From Christensenellaceae bacterium (lineage in GTDB: Bacteria > Bacillota > Clostridia > Christensenellales > UBA1242): a stretch of DNA of 45,145 nucleotides. Shown here piece by piece: positions 17,533 through 26,803 of the stretch. The notes under the pieces are model-generated. The model was not told the DNA's origin. It ran no database searches and saw only the letters and a program-made list of their open reading frames with translations. Every line of letters starts with the position of its first letter. The first letter of the stretch is position 1. Location of the stretch: positions 1 to 45,145 of the forward strand of contig JAIRQZ010000017.1 in the NCBI GenBank assembly GCA_031256235.1, in the 5' to 3' direction. The position numbers were made by a program, and so were the translations under genes.

Positions 17533-19530
17533 TCAATCTTCGAATTCTGCTCGAATACCGGTTTTACTGTACAGAGAATTGAAGTATGGCTCGCGGGCCT
17601 TTTGACGTAAACATTGAGTTTGGAAGGCGCGCCAATCCTCGACCGTGGCTTCTGGCTCGTACCATAATTTTTTGCTCATATCCGAGGTCATGAATTTGTC
17701 GTTAAAAATTCCGCCAAGTGCCGAGAAGGCTACAGATATGTTCTCGGGCTCGAAAGCGTCATAACCCAAATAGCAACGGGAATTCGCTTCAATTCCAAGG
17801 ATTTGGAATATTGTGGGAGCCAAATCATAAACGTGGGTGAACTTATCGATTGTGATGGCATCAATTTCTTCATCGATTGGGGCGACAGAGATTTGCCCGC
17901 TTCCTTCGTCAATAGATACATGGGATATCGAGGGCGAATAAATGAATGCGGGAACGCGATAGCCGTATGGGTCGTTGACATTGTTGCCTTTGAACATCTT
18001 TACAAGGTTTACATCGTGGGCTTGGTGGTCAGCATAGAAAAGCATTGTTGTGTTGTCCATGATTCCGCGCTCGACCATTTGTTCAATAAGGTAGTTAATG
18101 CCTTCTTCCATAACCATCATACGGGAAAGTGTACGCTTGAAAGGTTGGTAATAGGAGTGAGATGCTAAATCGGGGAAGTCTTCGTCATCAATTCGGTTGT
18201 AGAAGGGCCGGCTATATGTGCTGATGTTTGTATTGTAGTTTTCGTGCGGATTTATAGTCGTTATCATTGAAAAGAAAGGTTCGTCTTGGTCTGGCAGGAT
18301 TTCGTCGACTGCTTTTTCAAAGAACAGTTTTTCTGGGATTTCCCATCTTAAGTAATGATCATTTGCATATGATATACCTTCGGGAGTCAGAATGTCATCA
18401 TAGCTTTCAATGAAATAGGCTTCGTCGAACCCGTATGCGGGGTGCGAGTATTCGCGCGAATAGTACTGACCCAAGTTCATGTGGAAGTAGTTTGCAGTAT
18501 AGCCGTTGGCTTTAAGCCTGTTCGGGGTAGAGAAATTATAAATTGAAGGCACCATGGGGTCTTTGACGACGCCCTTGCCCCAGTTGGGAACAAGACGTGT
18601 GTCGGTTGGATAACTTCCCAAGATGAAAGATGTCTCGGATATGTCTGTTTTGTTCTTTGAATGATAGTTCGACAAATTGACGCCGCCGTTTTCGCGAAGT
18701 TGCCACAACGTTGGTGTGTATTTTTCGTGTATAAGGAACTCGTCACCGCTTTCCATCATTATGACAAGCAGGTTGTTGCCTTTGTCCATTTCCCAGATGC
18801 CGTCGATATGCTTATAGTATTCCGCTTGCTCGAGGCTGAAGTAACCGTCATCGATTGCACGTTCCAAATTGCCGAATGGTTGGCCAAGAACGATATTCTT
18901 GACGTACATCGGATATGTGCCGAACTTCCTGAAGAACTCCATTTTATAGGTCATTTCGTTGTACAGTTTTTTGTCATTCCGAAGTATTATGTCGGTGCTT
19001 GATATGTCTTGGTAAAGGCTGTTGATTTGAATTTTATACGTAACGGGGATTATAAAACTTGATACGCAAAGAATCATAGACAAGGTGAGGGCGCTTCTGC
19101 TTTTTAAATCAAAGTGCGCGTTTTTGATTTGAAAGAACACCAGCAATGCAAGTGTGGTGAAAAGAACAATAGGCCCCAGAAGTGGCAGGAGTCTGCCGTA
19201 GTCGATTGCGCCTTTGACTGTACGTGTCTCATCTGTATCTTTAAGCATATCCCACGAAAAGAATGTGCCCAAATTTGTCCAAAGGGTAATGTTTACGAAC
19301 GAAAGTGCCATCTGGACGCCCAGAAAAGTAATCGCCAAAACCATCGATGGTATGTAATAGGGGATGATGAAGAGCAGAATCGCGATTGCGGTTATGAAGA
19401 AAAATGTGGGGCCGAAGTATTCAGGAAAAGCGCCAAGGCCAAGTTTTCGGAACGTTATAATTTCCAAAAAATATGCCGTGATGACGTACAGCAAACAGAG
19501 AATACTCTTCTTTAGAATATAGTTCCTCAT
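17533..19530 (-). CDS. LTA-synthase-family membrane sulfatase/phosphoglycerol transferase
   Basis: Five N-terminal TM segments; NLLVIMMES, catalytic-type Thr in NKTDISE, TINPH, YADH and DLAPTI; start uncertain (19530 or 19539). Confidence 0.85.
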   Translation of the reverse strand: MRNYILKKSILCLLYVITAYFLEIITFRKLGLGAFPEYFGPTFFFITAIAILLFIIPYYIPSMVLAITFLGVQMALSFVNITLWTNLGTFFSWDMLKDTDETRTVKGAIDYGRLLPLLGPIVLFTTLALLVFFQIKNAHFDLKSRSALTLSMILCVSSFIIPVTYKIQINSLYQDISSTDIILRNDKKLYNEMTYKMEFFRKFGTYPMYVKNIVLGQPFGNLERAIDDGYFSLEQAEYYKHIDGIWEMDKGNNLLVIMMESGDEFLIHEKYTPTLWQLRENGGVNLSNYHSKNKTDISETSFILGSYPTDTRLVPNWGKGVVKDPMVPSIYNFSTPNRLKANGYTANYFHMNLGQYYSREYSHPAYGFDEAYFIESYDDILTPEGISYANDHYLRWEIPEKLFFEKAVDEILPDQDEPFFSMITTINPHENYNTNISTYSRPFYNRIDDEDFPDLASHSYYQPFKRTLSRMMVMEEGINYLIEQMVERGIMDNTTMLFYADHQAHDVNLVKMFKGNNVNDPYGYRVPAFIYSPSISHVSIDEGSGQISVAPIDEEIDAITIDKFTHVYDLAPTIFQILGIEANSRCYLGYDAFEPENISVAFSALGGIFNDKFMTSDMSKKLWYEPEATVEDWRAFQTQCLRQKAREPYFNSLYSKTGIRAEFED

Positions 19531-19551
19531 AGTAGTCATATAGTATATCAC

Positions 19552-19578
19552 AAAAACCCCTTTTGCAAGGGGTTTTTT
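19552..19578. terminator. Intrinsic terminator after the small Cys-rich gene; overlaps the -35 of the sulfatase promoter
   Basis: AAAAACCCCTT-TTGC-AAGGGGTTTTTT; on the minus strand TTGCAA (19568-19563), 17 nt, TACTAT (19545-19540). Confidence 0.75.
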
Positions 19579-19598
19579 GTTTTTTTGTGGCCAGATGT

Positions 19599-19814
19599 TT
19601 AGCAGTGGCGTTCGCGTTTTTCGCAGCAGAGGAAGTCCTTTCCGAAAACGATGAAGAGGATAAGCAGAGTGCAGATATCAATACCGAACAAGCCTCCTTT
19701 GAAAACAATCATCAAAAGTATGATAATCCAAAGTACATCGCAACTTGAGTTTTTTGCTCCACAGCCTTTGTCGCAACCACAGCCGCCGAAGCGTCCAAAT
19801 AATTCGTTCAACAT
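19599..19814 (-). CDS. Small Cys/Gly-rich hydrophobic protein, possibly spore-associated
   Basis: Strong SD AAAGGAG, ATG and own terminator; GGCGCDKGCG followed by two similar hydrophobic segments. Confidence 0.75.
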   Translation of the reverse strand: MLNELFGRFGGCGCDKGCGAKNSSCDVLWIIILLMIVFKGGLFGIDICTLLILFIVFGKDFLCCEKRERHC

Positions 19815-19967
19815 TTTTAATTCTCCTTTTTTTATTTTTGTACAAAGCGCTTAATATGTACGGACACGCACCCGAATTCCCTTTTCTTTTGTGAGGGGCG
19901 GCGTGTCTATTTCAGCATACACACCAGTGAATTAAATTGACACAAAGTGCAAAAGATAAATTTGATG

Positions 19968-19996
19968 TTGACAATGAATGAAGGGAATAGTAAGAT
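19968..19996 (+). promoter_or_regulatory. Sigma-A promoter of the giant surface-protein operon
   Basis: TTGACA (19968-19973), 17 nt, TAAGAT (19991-19996), then 7 nt to ATG 20004. Confidence 0.75.
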
Positions 19997-20003
19997 TAAA
20001 CTT

Positions 20004-23000
20004 ATGGCTAATTACATTAGAAAAATTTTCAGTGCGAAGCGACTTGCGATCTTTGGCATCGCGGTTGTGTTTGCGATTACGGGGCTGTTGGGCGGGGCTT
20101 TCGCACCAATTGCCGCATGGGTAAGGGCGAATACAGGCACGGCAAACGATGTCGTTTCAAACTACGGCATATACGATTTGCCAAAGCAAAGCATTCCGCT
20201 GGGAACTTTATTCAAACATGGCGTTGCACCCGCGGCAGTGGATTCAACAATTCCAAAGATGTCGGGTACAAACGGCGACGGCACGACGAACAAGACCGTT
20301 GCCCTTTTCCGTATTGAAAACACAGGCGCGGTAAAGGTTGACCATAATGCCGCTTACAATGCGACCACTGGAGCAGGGGCTTATTCGTACCTTGGCTCCT
20401 ACGAGTGGCGCTTTTATGATTTCAATCTTGACAGCCCTCCTGCCGACAAAGGCAAGGATAATTATATTCACAAGTACTCGGTTGTCGTTTACCAAGATTC
20501 TTACAGTTACGAACTTCCTACAAGTGCACGTTACGCCCGTGACTTTGATTCGGCCTTGGGTGCAAGCAAAGGTACGGAACTTTCTTGGATTCCCAATGTA
20601 ACTGTACCAAGCCAAAAAATTCAATTCCCGTTGCCCGACAAATTCATTGACAAAAAAGGCAATGACCTTTTTGACGACGAGGTTGAAAACGTTATCGAGT
20701 TACGTAAAGCATTCTTGAACGGATGGACAGGCAGACAACCGAATCTTACTGCAGAAAAAGGTATAAACGGTCCGACCGATACCACCGCAAGGACCCAGCC
20801 ATCGGATAACGCAGTTGCTACAAGCACAGAATGGTTCAAACGCGTCATCTGGGCCAACACGACAATCACTTTGTATGGAAGTACGCTTGTAGGCGGAACA
20901 ACTTATCCCCACAATGATGTACAAGGCGCATATATTTATTCTAACTCGGCAGCCAACGATATCAAGGCTCGTACTTTTACTCCTACCACCCCTTATGACA
21001 AGTACTATGCTCAATACCAACTTAAACACAACAAGGTCGGTGCGCGTTTCCGCACTGACATGTTCGCGGTAGAACTTTTGCAAAAGGTCAGCACGACCGA
21101 CCCTGTTAAAGACGTTCGCGAAAACATTATTTTCAAGATGCCCATGGCGCTTGACAATCCGTTAAGCACAAATGCTTTGCAATACAATCAAGACACCGTG
21201 CTTCCGTTGCCTACCGCGAATATTGCGCCAAGCACTGATATTGACACAAACAAAAGCGGATTTAAATCCGATTACAAGGCTATTGCATTTAACCAAGCCA
21301 CCACAATTTCAAGTTATACATACATGGAAGTTTACTTTTACGAATTTGAAGGCATGGAACAAAAGGTTAAGGATGCCGCCGAGGCTCGCGGTGAAGACGG
21401 AAATGCTGCAAAAGCCGCTTATATCGCGGAGCGTACAAGACTTAATGGTGGTACAGTCGGCGCAACCACATACCCAAGACTTCGTATTGACGAAAGCAAC
21501 GGTTACAAGTTTAAACCAACTTTGCCAGGTAACTATCAATTCAAATATTACACAACAACTTTGTTCGGAGCAGGGTATGACTACTATTCTGCTGACCCTG
21601 ATGGTAATCCGCACAACGTTATCGCAAAAAGCGGAGATTATGTAACTTATTTCCCATTCAAAATGTTTACCGTAAGCGAAAATACTGTTTCACCTGGGCT
21701 TAAATGGACCGTGCCTTATGCATATGTTATCCCTGGCAGCACAGGTTACAACGCAACGACCAACCAAGTTGGTTTGACCACTGCACAAGGTTGGGCCACG
21801 ACCAATGGTTTACCTGCGCCCGAGGTTGGTGATGCGATTGCGTATCTTGCAAACAATGATTTGCTTGGATACAAACAAGGTCAAATCATCGAGCGCGCAT
21901 CCGACAACAAGTACTTTAAAGATGCCACCAATCTTAATCGCTATATGCCGTCTTCGGGAACTACACCCACGACTCAATTAAGCAACAATGACGCATTTGT
22001 ATTCCCTGCACTTATCGGTTCCAACAATGCAGGAACAAGCAAGCAATTAACATATGAAATCTCTTTGACTCGTTTTGAAGTCGGTGCAAATACACGCACA
22101 ATCCGTTTCGAAAGCAACTATTCGGGCTCTTCGACTGGGGCAACCGCATCGACCTTTAAATACTACCCAGAGAAACCGCTTGTAATCGGATTTGGGGACG
22201 GCTTTGGTACGGGCGCTTACAGCCCAACGGGTTATCTTCGTTCATGGAACGAACTTTCAAAGACCCAAATGTACCAAATCACTGTTGCCATTACTGATAA
22301 CTCGCCTGAAATCTTTGCAAATGGCAAGCCTGGCGCGCAAACCGCGATTACATACTCTTTCACAATTGTTGACGACAGCAATTTCGACAAAGTTAAAGAG
22401 GCGGCTCCGTCATTCAATGGTAGCCTTGCGATGAGCCAAACCGCTTATTATGAAAACGATACTATTTCGTTCCGCGAAATCGGTGTTTATGATTCCTATA
22501 CAAACGACGTTGAAATCGAATACTATATCGTCGGCGGTATTACACCTGTCAAACTTGAAAAAGAAAATATTAAAGGTGGCACTGTTTCTATTGAGTTGAA
22601 CCGCCTTGACCCGAAAATGCAACCAATCTTTGACGCTTTTACAAGCGGTATGCTTGACCTTACCGTTGTTGCGGTTGCCAAAAACTATTGGGCACTTACA
22701 AATCAAGTACAAACAAACAATAACTTCGCCGCCAAAACTGTTAATGACGTCGAAGCGTTGCTTGCAAGGCAAATTCAATATCCTGGCGATTTGACCAATG
22801 ACGGCGCGGACGATGAATACCAAGGTATTGCCGTCGAGTACTTTGACATCAAGTTATTTGACATAACCCACGGCGCACAGGCCACAATCGGTCTTTGGTC
22901 CGAAAAGTCACCAAAATCCGACGGCGTGGCTGTCGGTGATGTTGCTACGACTATGACGGCTTACTGGGAAGCATGGTTTGGTACATTCGGCGCTACGGTT

Positions 23001-25289
23001 CCGACCGAAAAGAATTCGTCTCCGTCTGCGGTCGATTACGACAAAGTCACGGGCAGGGTTTATCCAAAAGCAAATGCCACAACCGATACAAACGTCGTGT
23101 CGGGCGCGGTCGCCACGGGCAAAATCACACGCACACACTCGGGTGCGACTCAAAATCAAAAGTTTAATCTTCCGACAATCTCGGTTGAATACAAATCTGC
23201 AGTAGGCTCGAACAGCGGTAAAACAGGTAACTTTATTACTACCGTTGAATTTTCGATGATATCACCTACAAGCAAGACGACAAACGCCGTTATCGGCGGA
23301 ACAACACAAACTATGCCGTTAAGCGTTGACGGAGTTGATTCCCCTTCAATTGAAAAAATCGACAACTTAAGTTTCTTCCCGACGGAAATCGGTGAGCACA
23401 AGTTTGTTGCCAAGGTTTACAACTCTGGTGGATTTGTGTCCGTTATGACCGCCGTCATCAACGTCGTTGGCACACCCGACACCGTTGCAGTCCTCCGCGG
23501 TGGGGTATCGTCCTTGCGCATCGGACAAAGCGGTTCGTTGCCATGGGCCGAAGTCTTCATCAACGGTCAATCATTCCGCACAGACGCCAACTATAACGTA
23601 CATGTTACTGGCAACGCCGCAAAAAAAGTCGGTACTTATGCAATCAAGGTTGACTCGGTCGGCGGAAGCCCAATCCCATCTAACGTTGGTAACGCTTTCA
23701 TCCCGGTCGCCGAAGACAGATATATCTTTACTTACGAACTTCGTTTGAATGCGGGCGCACTTAACAATTACTTTACAAATGACTTGGGATTAAGCGGTTC
23801 GTTTGTTGGCGAAGACGGAACATCGACTGGTATCATCCGACACACTGTAGCACACACAATCAATGTCACGGGCCTCGACCAAAACGACGTAGGCATCAAG
23901 TTACAAGAAGACAGTTACATCGGATACAACGGTATCGGTGGCGGAAAAGGCTATACTGATTCCGACGGCGTAACAACAGGCACGATTGAAAACTTTAACA
24001 TCTTGGAACAAATGGTCACATCGGGCGCACGTGACGTAACCATGAGCATGGCTCAACTTAACAACGGCATGACTCTCAAAACCCCAGGCTCTGGTGGCGC
24101 CAACGATGTATACGACTTTGGTCGCATATACTTGCCAAACATGTACGCGAAATGGGCGGATGCTTTGTCCAACTTGTACCAAGAATTCGACATCGCCACT
24201 AACAGCAGTGTAACCGTAACGCATACTAAATCTGCCGAGCCTTTGTTTGATTCAACAAAAATCAAAGAAGGCAAAGAAACCCAATGGGTAACTGCGGACA
24301 ACGGCGGAACATATTATTACTTCAAGCCACTTGGTTCGGTTTCTCTCGCAAGTGGTGCCGATGTTGAATATACTCCCAAGAACCTTGTTGAGCCAAGCGT
24401 TTCCCCAGACGGCATCTATACCGTTACATACACAATTACTTTCAAGGGCATCGTAAGTACATTGGAATTCTATATCGGTGTCGGTGATACTGCGACTCCA
24501 GTTATCAAATTCGGTACTGTCAAAGAAGGCAAAGACAAGGGCAAGGATTGGGAAGAAATCTTGTTCGGCGAAGAATACAAACTTAACAAATACGGTTGGG
24601 CGAACTTTGAATTCAACACCAACGATATCATTGTTGACCCGAACGGCGGTACATTGACACCCATAAGCGAAACAAGCGGTGGCTATGCGGACTGGTATGT
24701 CGCACGCAAACTTACAATCTCGGTCTTGACGCCAGGCGGTGTAAAAAACATGGTTATATCCAACAGCCCCGACGATGACGACAATGTTTATATTCACAAA
24801 GATTATAAAGATGACGAAATTGCCAAGTTCATACTTGATGAAAATGGCGAATGGAAGAAGCGTGACCCTAATGTCACTGCGACCAACGAAAACCAAAGGT
24901 GGCATTTCCGTCTTACCGAAAGCGGTGAGTACAGAATTACCTTCAGTATCGAATCGGAAAGCGGTGTGACAGGATACTTACAACGTACCATCACGGTTGA
25001 AACTCCTGCTTCCAAGGCCAAGATTGCTCCTCAAACCATTTGGGGTACGGTACTTATCATTATCTCGTCTGGATTGTTGCTTGGAGTTATCGTCTACTTT
25101 ATCCAAACAGGTCGCAAGACCAAATTCGCGGGTACAGGTTCAGTAACTTCGTCTGTCGCATCGGGCGAGGGCACAGCCAAGAAGTTCCTTGACAAATTCA
25201 AACGCGAAAAGGGCAATGCCGACGCAAAGAAAAAGCCCGAAGCGTCCGAAAAGAAAGCAAAGCCTTCTGTTGACAAGCCTCAAGAGTGA
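20004..25289 (+). CDS. Giant membrane-anchored surface protein (1761 aa) with probable Ig-like repeats
   Basis: Basic plus hydrophobic N-terminal signal; T/G/N/S/Y-rich body with recurring F.P...G.Y.F.Y strands; C-terminal TM (IWGTVLIIISSGLLLGVIVYFI) and Lys-rich tail. Confidence 0.85.
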   Translation: MANYIRKIFSAKRLAIFGIAVVFAITGLLGGAFAPIAAWVRANTGTANDVVSNYGIYDLPKQSIPLGTLFKHGVAPAAVDSTIPKMSGTNGDGTTNKTVALFRIENTGAVKVDHNAAYNATTGAGAYSYLGSYEWRFYDFNLDSPPADKGKDNYIHKYSVVVYQDSYSYELPTSARYARDFDSALGASKGTELSWIPNVTVPSQKIQFPLPDKFIDKKGNDLFDDEVENVIELRKAFLNGWTGRQPNLTAEKGINGPTDTTARTQPSDNAVATSTEWFKRVIWANTTITLYGSTLVGGTTYPHNDVQGAYIYSNSAANDIKARTFTPTTPYDKYYAQYQLKHNKVGARFRTDMFAVELLQKVSTTDPVKDVRENIIFKMPMALDNPLSTNALQYNQDTVLPLPTANIAPSTDIDTNKSGFKSDYKAIAFNQATTISSYTYMEVYFYEFEGMEQKVKDAAEARGEDGNAAKAAYIAERTRLNGGTVGATTYPRLRIDESNGYKFKPTLPGNYQFKYYTTTLFGAGYDYYSADPDGNPHNVIAKSGDYVTYFPFKMFTVSENTVSPGLKWTVPYAYVIPGSTGYNATTNQVGLTTAQGWATTNGLPAPEVGDAIAYLANNDLLGYKQGQIIERASDNKYFKDATNLNRYMPSSGTTPTTQLSNNDAFVFPALIGSNNAGTSKQLTYEISLTRFEVGANTRTIRFESNYSGSSTGATASTFKYYPEKPLVIGFGDGFGTGAYSPTGYLRSWNELSKTQMYQITVAITDNSPEIFANGKPGAQTAITYSFTIVDDSNFDKVKEAAPSFNGSLAMSQTAYYENDTISFREIGVYDSYTNDVEIEYYIVGGITPVKLEKENIKGGTVSIELNRLDPKMQPIFDAFTSGMLDLTVVAVAKNYWALTNQVQTNNNFAAKTVNDVEALLARQIQYPGDLTNDGADDEYQGIAVEYFDIKLFDITHGAQATIGLWSEKSPKSDGVAVGDVATTMTAYWEAWFGTFGATVPTEKNSSPSAVDYDKVTGRVYPKANATTDTNVVSGAVATGKITRTHSGATQNQKFNLPTISVEYKSAVGSNSGKTGNFITTVEFSMISPTSKTTNAVIGGTTQTMPLSVDGVDSPSIEKIDNLSFFPTEIGEHKFVAKVYNSGGFVSVMTAVINVVGTPDTVAVLRGGVSSLRIGQSGSLPWAEVFINGQSFRTDANYNVHVTGNAAKKVGTYAIKVDSVGGSPIPSNVGNAFIPVAEDRYIFTYELRLNAGALNNYFTNDLGLSGSFVGEDGTSTGIIRHTVAHTINVTGLDQNDVGIKLQEDSYIGYNGIGGGKGYTDSDGVTTGTIENFNILEQMVTSGARDVTMSMAQLNNGMTLKTPGSGGANDVYDFGRIYLPNMYAKWADALSNLYQEFDIATNSSVTVTHTKSAEPLFDSTKIKEGKETQWVTADNGGTYYYFKPLGSVSLASGADVEYTPKNLVEPSVSPDGIYTVTYTITFKGIVSTLEFYIGVGDTATPVIKFGTVKEGKDKGKDWEEILFGEEYKLNKYGWANFEFNTNDIIVDPNGGTLTPISETSGGYADWYVARKLTISVLTPGGVKNMVISNSPDDDDNVYIHKDYKDDEIAKFILDENGEWKKRDPNVTATNENQRWHFRLTESGEYRITFSIESESGVTGYLQRTITVETPASKAKIAPQTIWGTVLIIISSGLLLGVIVYFIQTGRKTKFAGTGSVTSSVASGEGTAKKFLDKFKREKGNADAKKKPEASEKKAKPSVDKPQE

Positions 25290-25297
25290 GGTAGCCA

Positions 25298-25666
25298 ATG
25301 CTTGACAAAAGAACAACCCGTTTCTTGTCTGCCGTTGCGAAAATTTGCGATGACGGAAGTTATAAAATCATCGAAAAAGCCGAACTTTTAAAGGAAATGC
25401 ACTTTCGTGGCATGGACTTTGTGGCCTTGGAACAAATGGTACGGTACCTTAAGGACAACGAAATGGTCGACCTCAAATACTCCGACGAAAACGTGTTTTG
25501 CTTGACCGTGTTGCCTAAGGGTCGTGTTGCTTTTGAAAGCATGCGTCGCAAAACGCGCGATTTGGTCAAGGTCCCCAACAAGACCTTGATTATAATTGTC
25601 ACCGCAGTGTTCTTGGCAAGCCTTTTGGGGTCGATGTTGGGCGCCATATTCGCCAAACTTATGTAG
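25298..25666 (+). CDS. Hypothetical winged-helix-like protein with C-terminal TM anchor
   Basis: SD GAGG; helix-helix-helix-beta-hairpin pattern ending LTVLPKGR..FE; hydrophobic C-terminus. Confidence 0.8.
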   Translation: MLDKRTTRFLSAVAKICDDGSYKIIEKAELLKEMHFRGMDFVALEQMVRYLKDNEMVDLKYSDENVFCLTVLPKGRVAFESMRRKTRDLVKVPNKTLIIIVTAVFLASLLGSMLGAIFAKLM

Positions 25667-25673
25667 GAGTTTT

Positions 25674-26060
25674 ATGTTAAATCGGGTCGAATCGAGAATC
25701 ATGGATTATATCTTCAGCCGTTGCCGTGGCAAGCGCACCGTGCTTATGCCCCCTGACGATATTTTGAAAGGCATATCCGAACGCGGACAAAAGAGCCTTG
25801 CGCGCTTTGAAATTACCAAAAAACAACTTGAAACCCACATGAAAAATATCGTGCTCGACGGCTATGTGGATTATTCGGCGACAAGCGACAAGGCCGGGAA
25901 CATGCAATACGTTGTTACCCTGACCACGCGTGGAGAAGCCTTTCAACGCGAGCGCGACGACCGTATAAAACGCAGGTGGCAATCGCTTGGGTGGAAAATT
26001 CTGCTTACCGTTGTGGCATTTGTTGTATCGTATGGTTTGTGGTATCTTGTAGGGCGATGA
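25674..26060 (+). CDS. Hypothetical winged-helix-like protein with C-terminal TM anchor
   Basis: SD AGGAG and ATG 25674; LDGYVD...YVVTLTTRGEAF wing motif; hydrophobic C-terminus. Confidence 0.8.
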   Translation: MLNRVESRIMDYIFSRCRGKRTVLMPPDDILKGISERGQKSLARFEITKKQLETHMKNIVLDGYVDYSATSDKAGNMQYVVTLTTRGEAFQRERDDRIKRRWQSLGWKILLTVVAFVVSYGLWYLVGR

Positions 26061-26803
26061 AAACCAAAGCCATCTTTATTGATTTAGACGGCACACTTTT
26101 TAACAGCAAAAGGGAAATCTCCGCATGCAACAAAAAAGCGCTTGAGGACATAAAGGCGCGTGGATATATGCCCGTTATTTGTACTGGGCGCACTATCGAG
26201 CGTGTGATAAGTTATCAAATCGACTCCGTTGACTACGTTATTTTTAATAATGGTGGCGGGATTTTGGATGCCAAAAACAACAAAGTGATTTTTGAAAACC
26301 TTATGAAAAAATCAAGCGTGGATGCTGTCCGCGACCTTTGCAAGCGAAAAGATATCCAGGTACTTACGTGCAACTCGGCGGGCGGTATCGTCATGTTGAT
26401 TCCCATAAGCGCCGATTACGATTTGATGAGGCGCATCCGCCCCGAAATTTTGGCGATACCACATGTGGCAATCGTTAATCAATCCAAAATTATTACCGAC
26501 CCAAATTTCCCAATCGACGCCACATTCGACGACGGAGTGGCGTTTTTCGATGTTGTTGACAAGGATTCTTCCAAAGGTAACGGCATCACAAAGTTTTGCG
26601 AAATCATGGGCATCGCGAAAGCCGACCGCATCGCAATCGGGGATGATTTGAATGACCTTACAATGTTCGATGCTTGTGGCTATAATGTTGCTATGGGTAA
26701 TGCGATATCCGAATTAAAAAATCGTGCCGATTTCGTGGCTGATACCAACGACAATGGCGGCGTGGCAAAATTTTTAAAAGGGTTACCTGATGCCCAAGGT
26801 TAG
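26057..26803 (+). CDS. Cof-type HAD-IIB hydrolase
   Basis: FIDLDGTL, CTGR, SKG.GI, IGDDLND..MF and AMGNA; ATGA overlap with the upstream gene. Confidence 0.93.
   Translation: MKTKAIFIDLDGTLFNSKREISACNKKALEDIKARGYMPVICTGRTIERVISYQIDSVDYVIFNNGGGILDAKNNKVIFENLMKKSSVDAVRDLCKRKDIQVLTCNSAGGIVMLIPISADYDLMRRIRPEILAIPHVAIVNQSKIITDPNFPIDATFDDGVAFFDVVDKDSSKGNGITKFCEIMGIAKADRIAIGDDLNDLTMFDACGYNVAMGNAISELKNRADFVADTNDNGGVAKFLKGLPDAQG

Noticed and set aside
20004-25289. Many N-x-S/T sequons in the giant protein suggesting N-glycosylation
   Set aside because: The count looks no higher than expected from its Asn/Ser/Thr content, and no glycosylation genes are nearby
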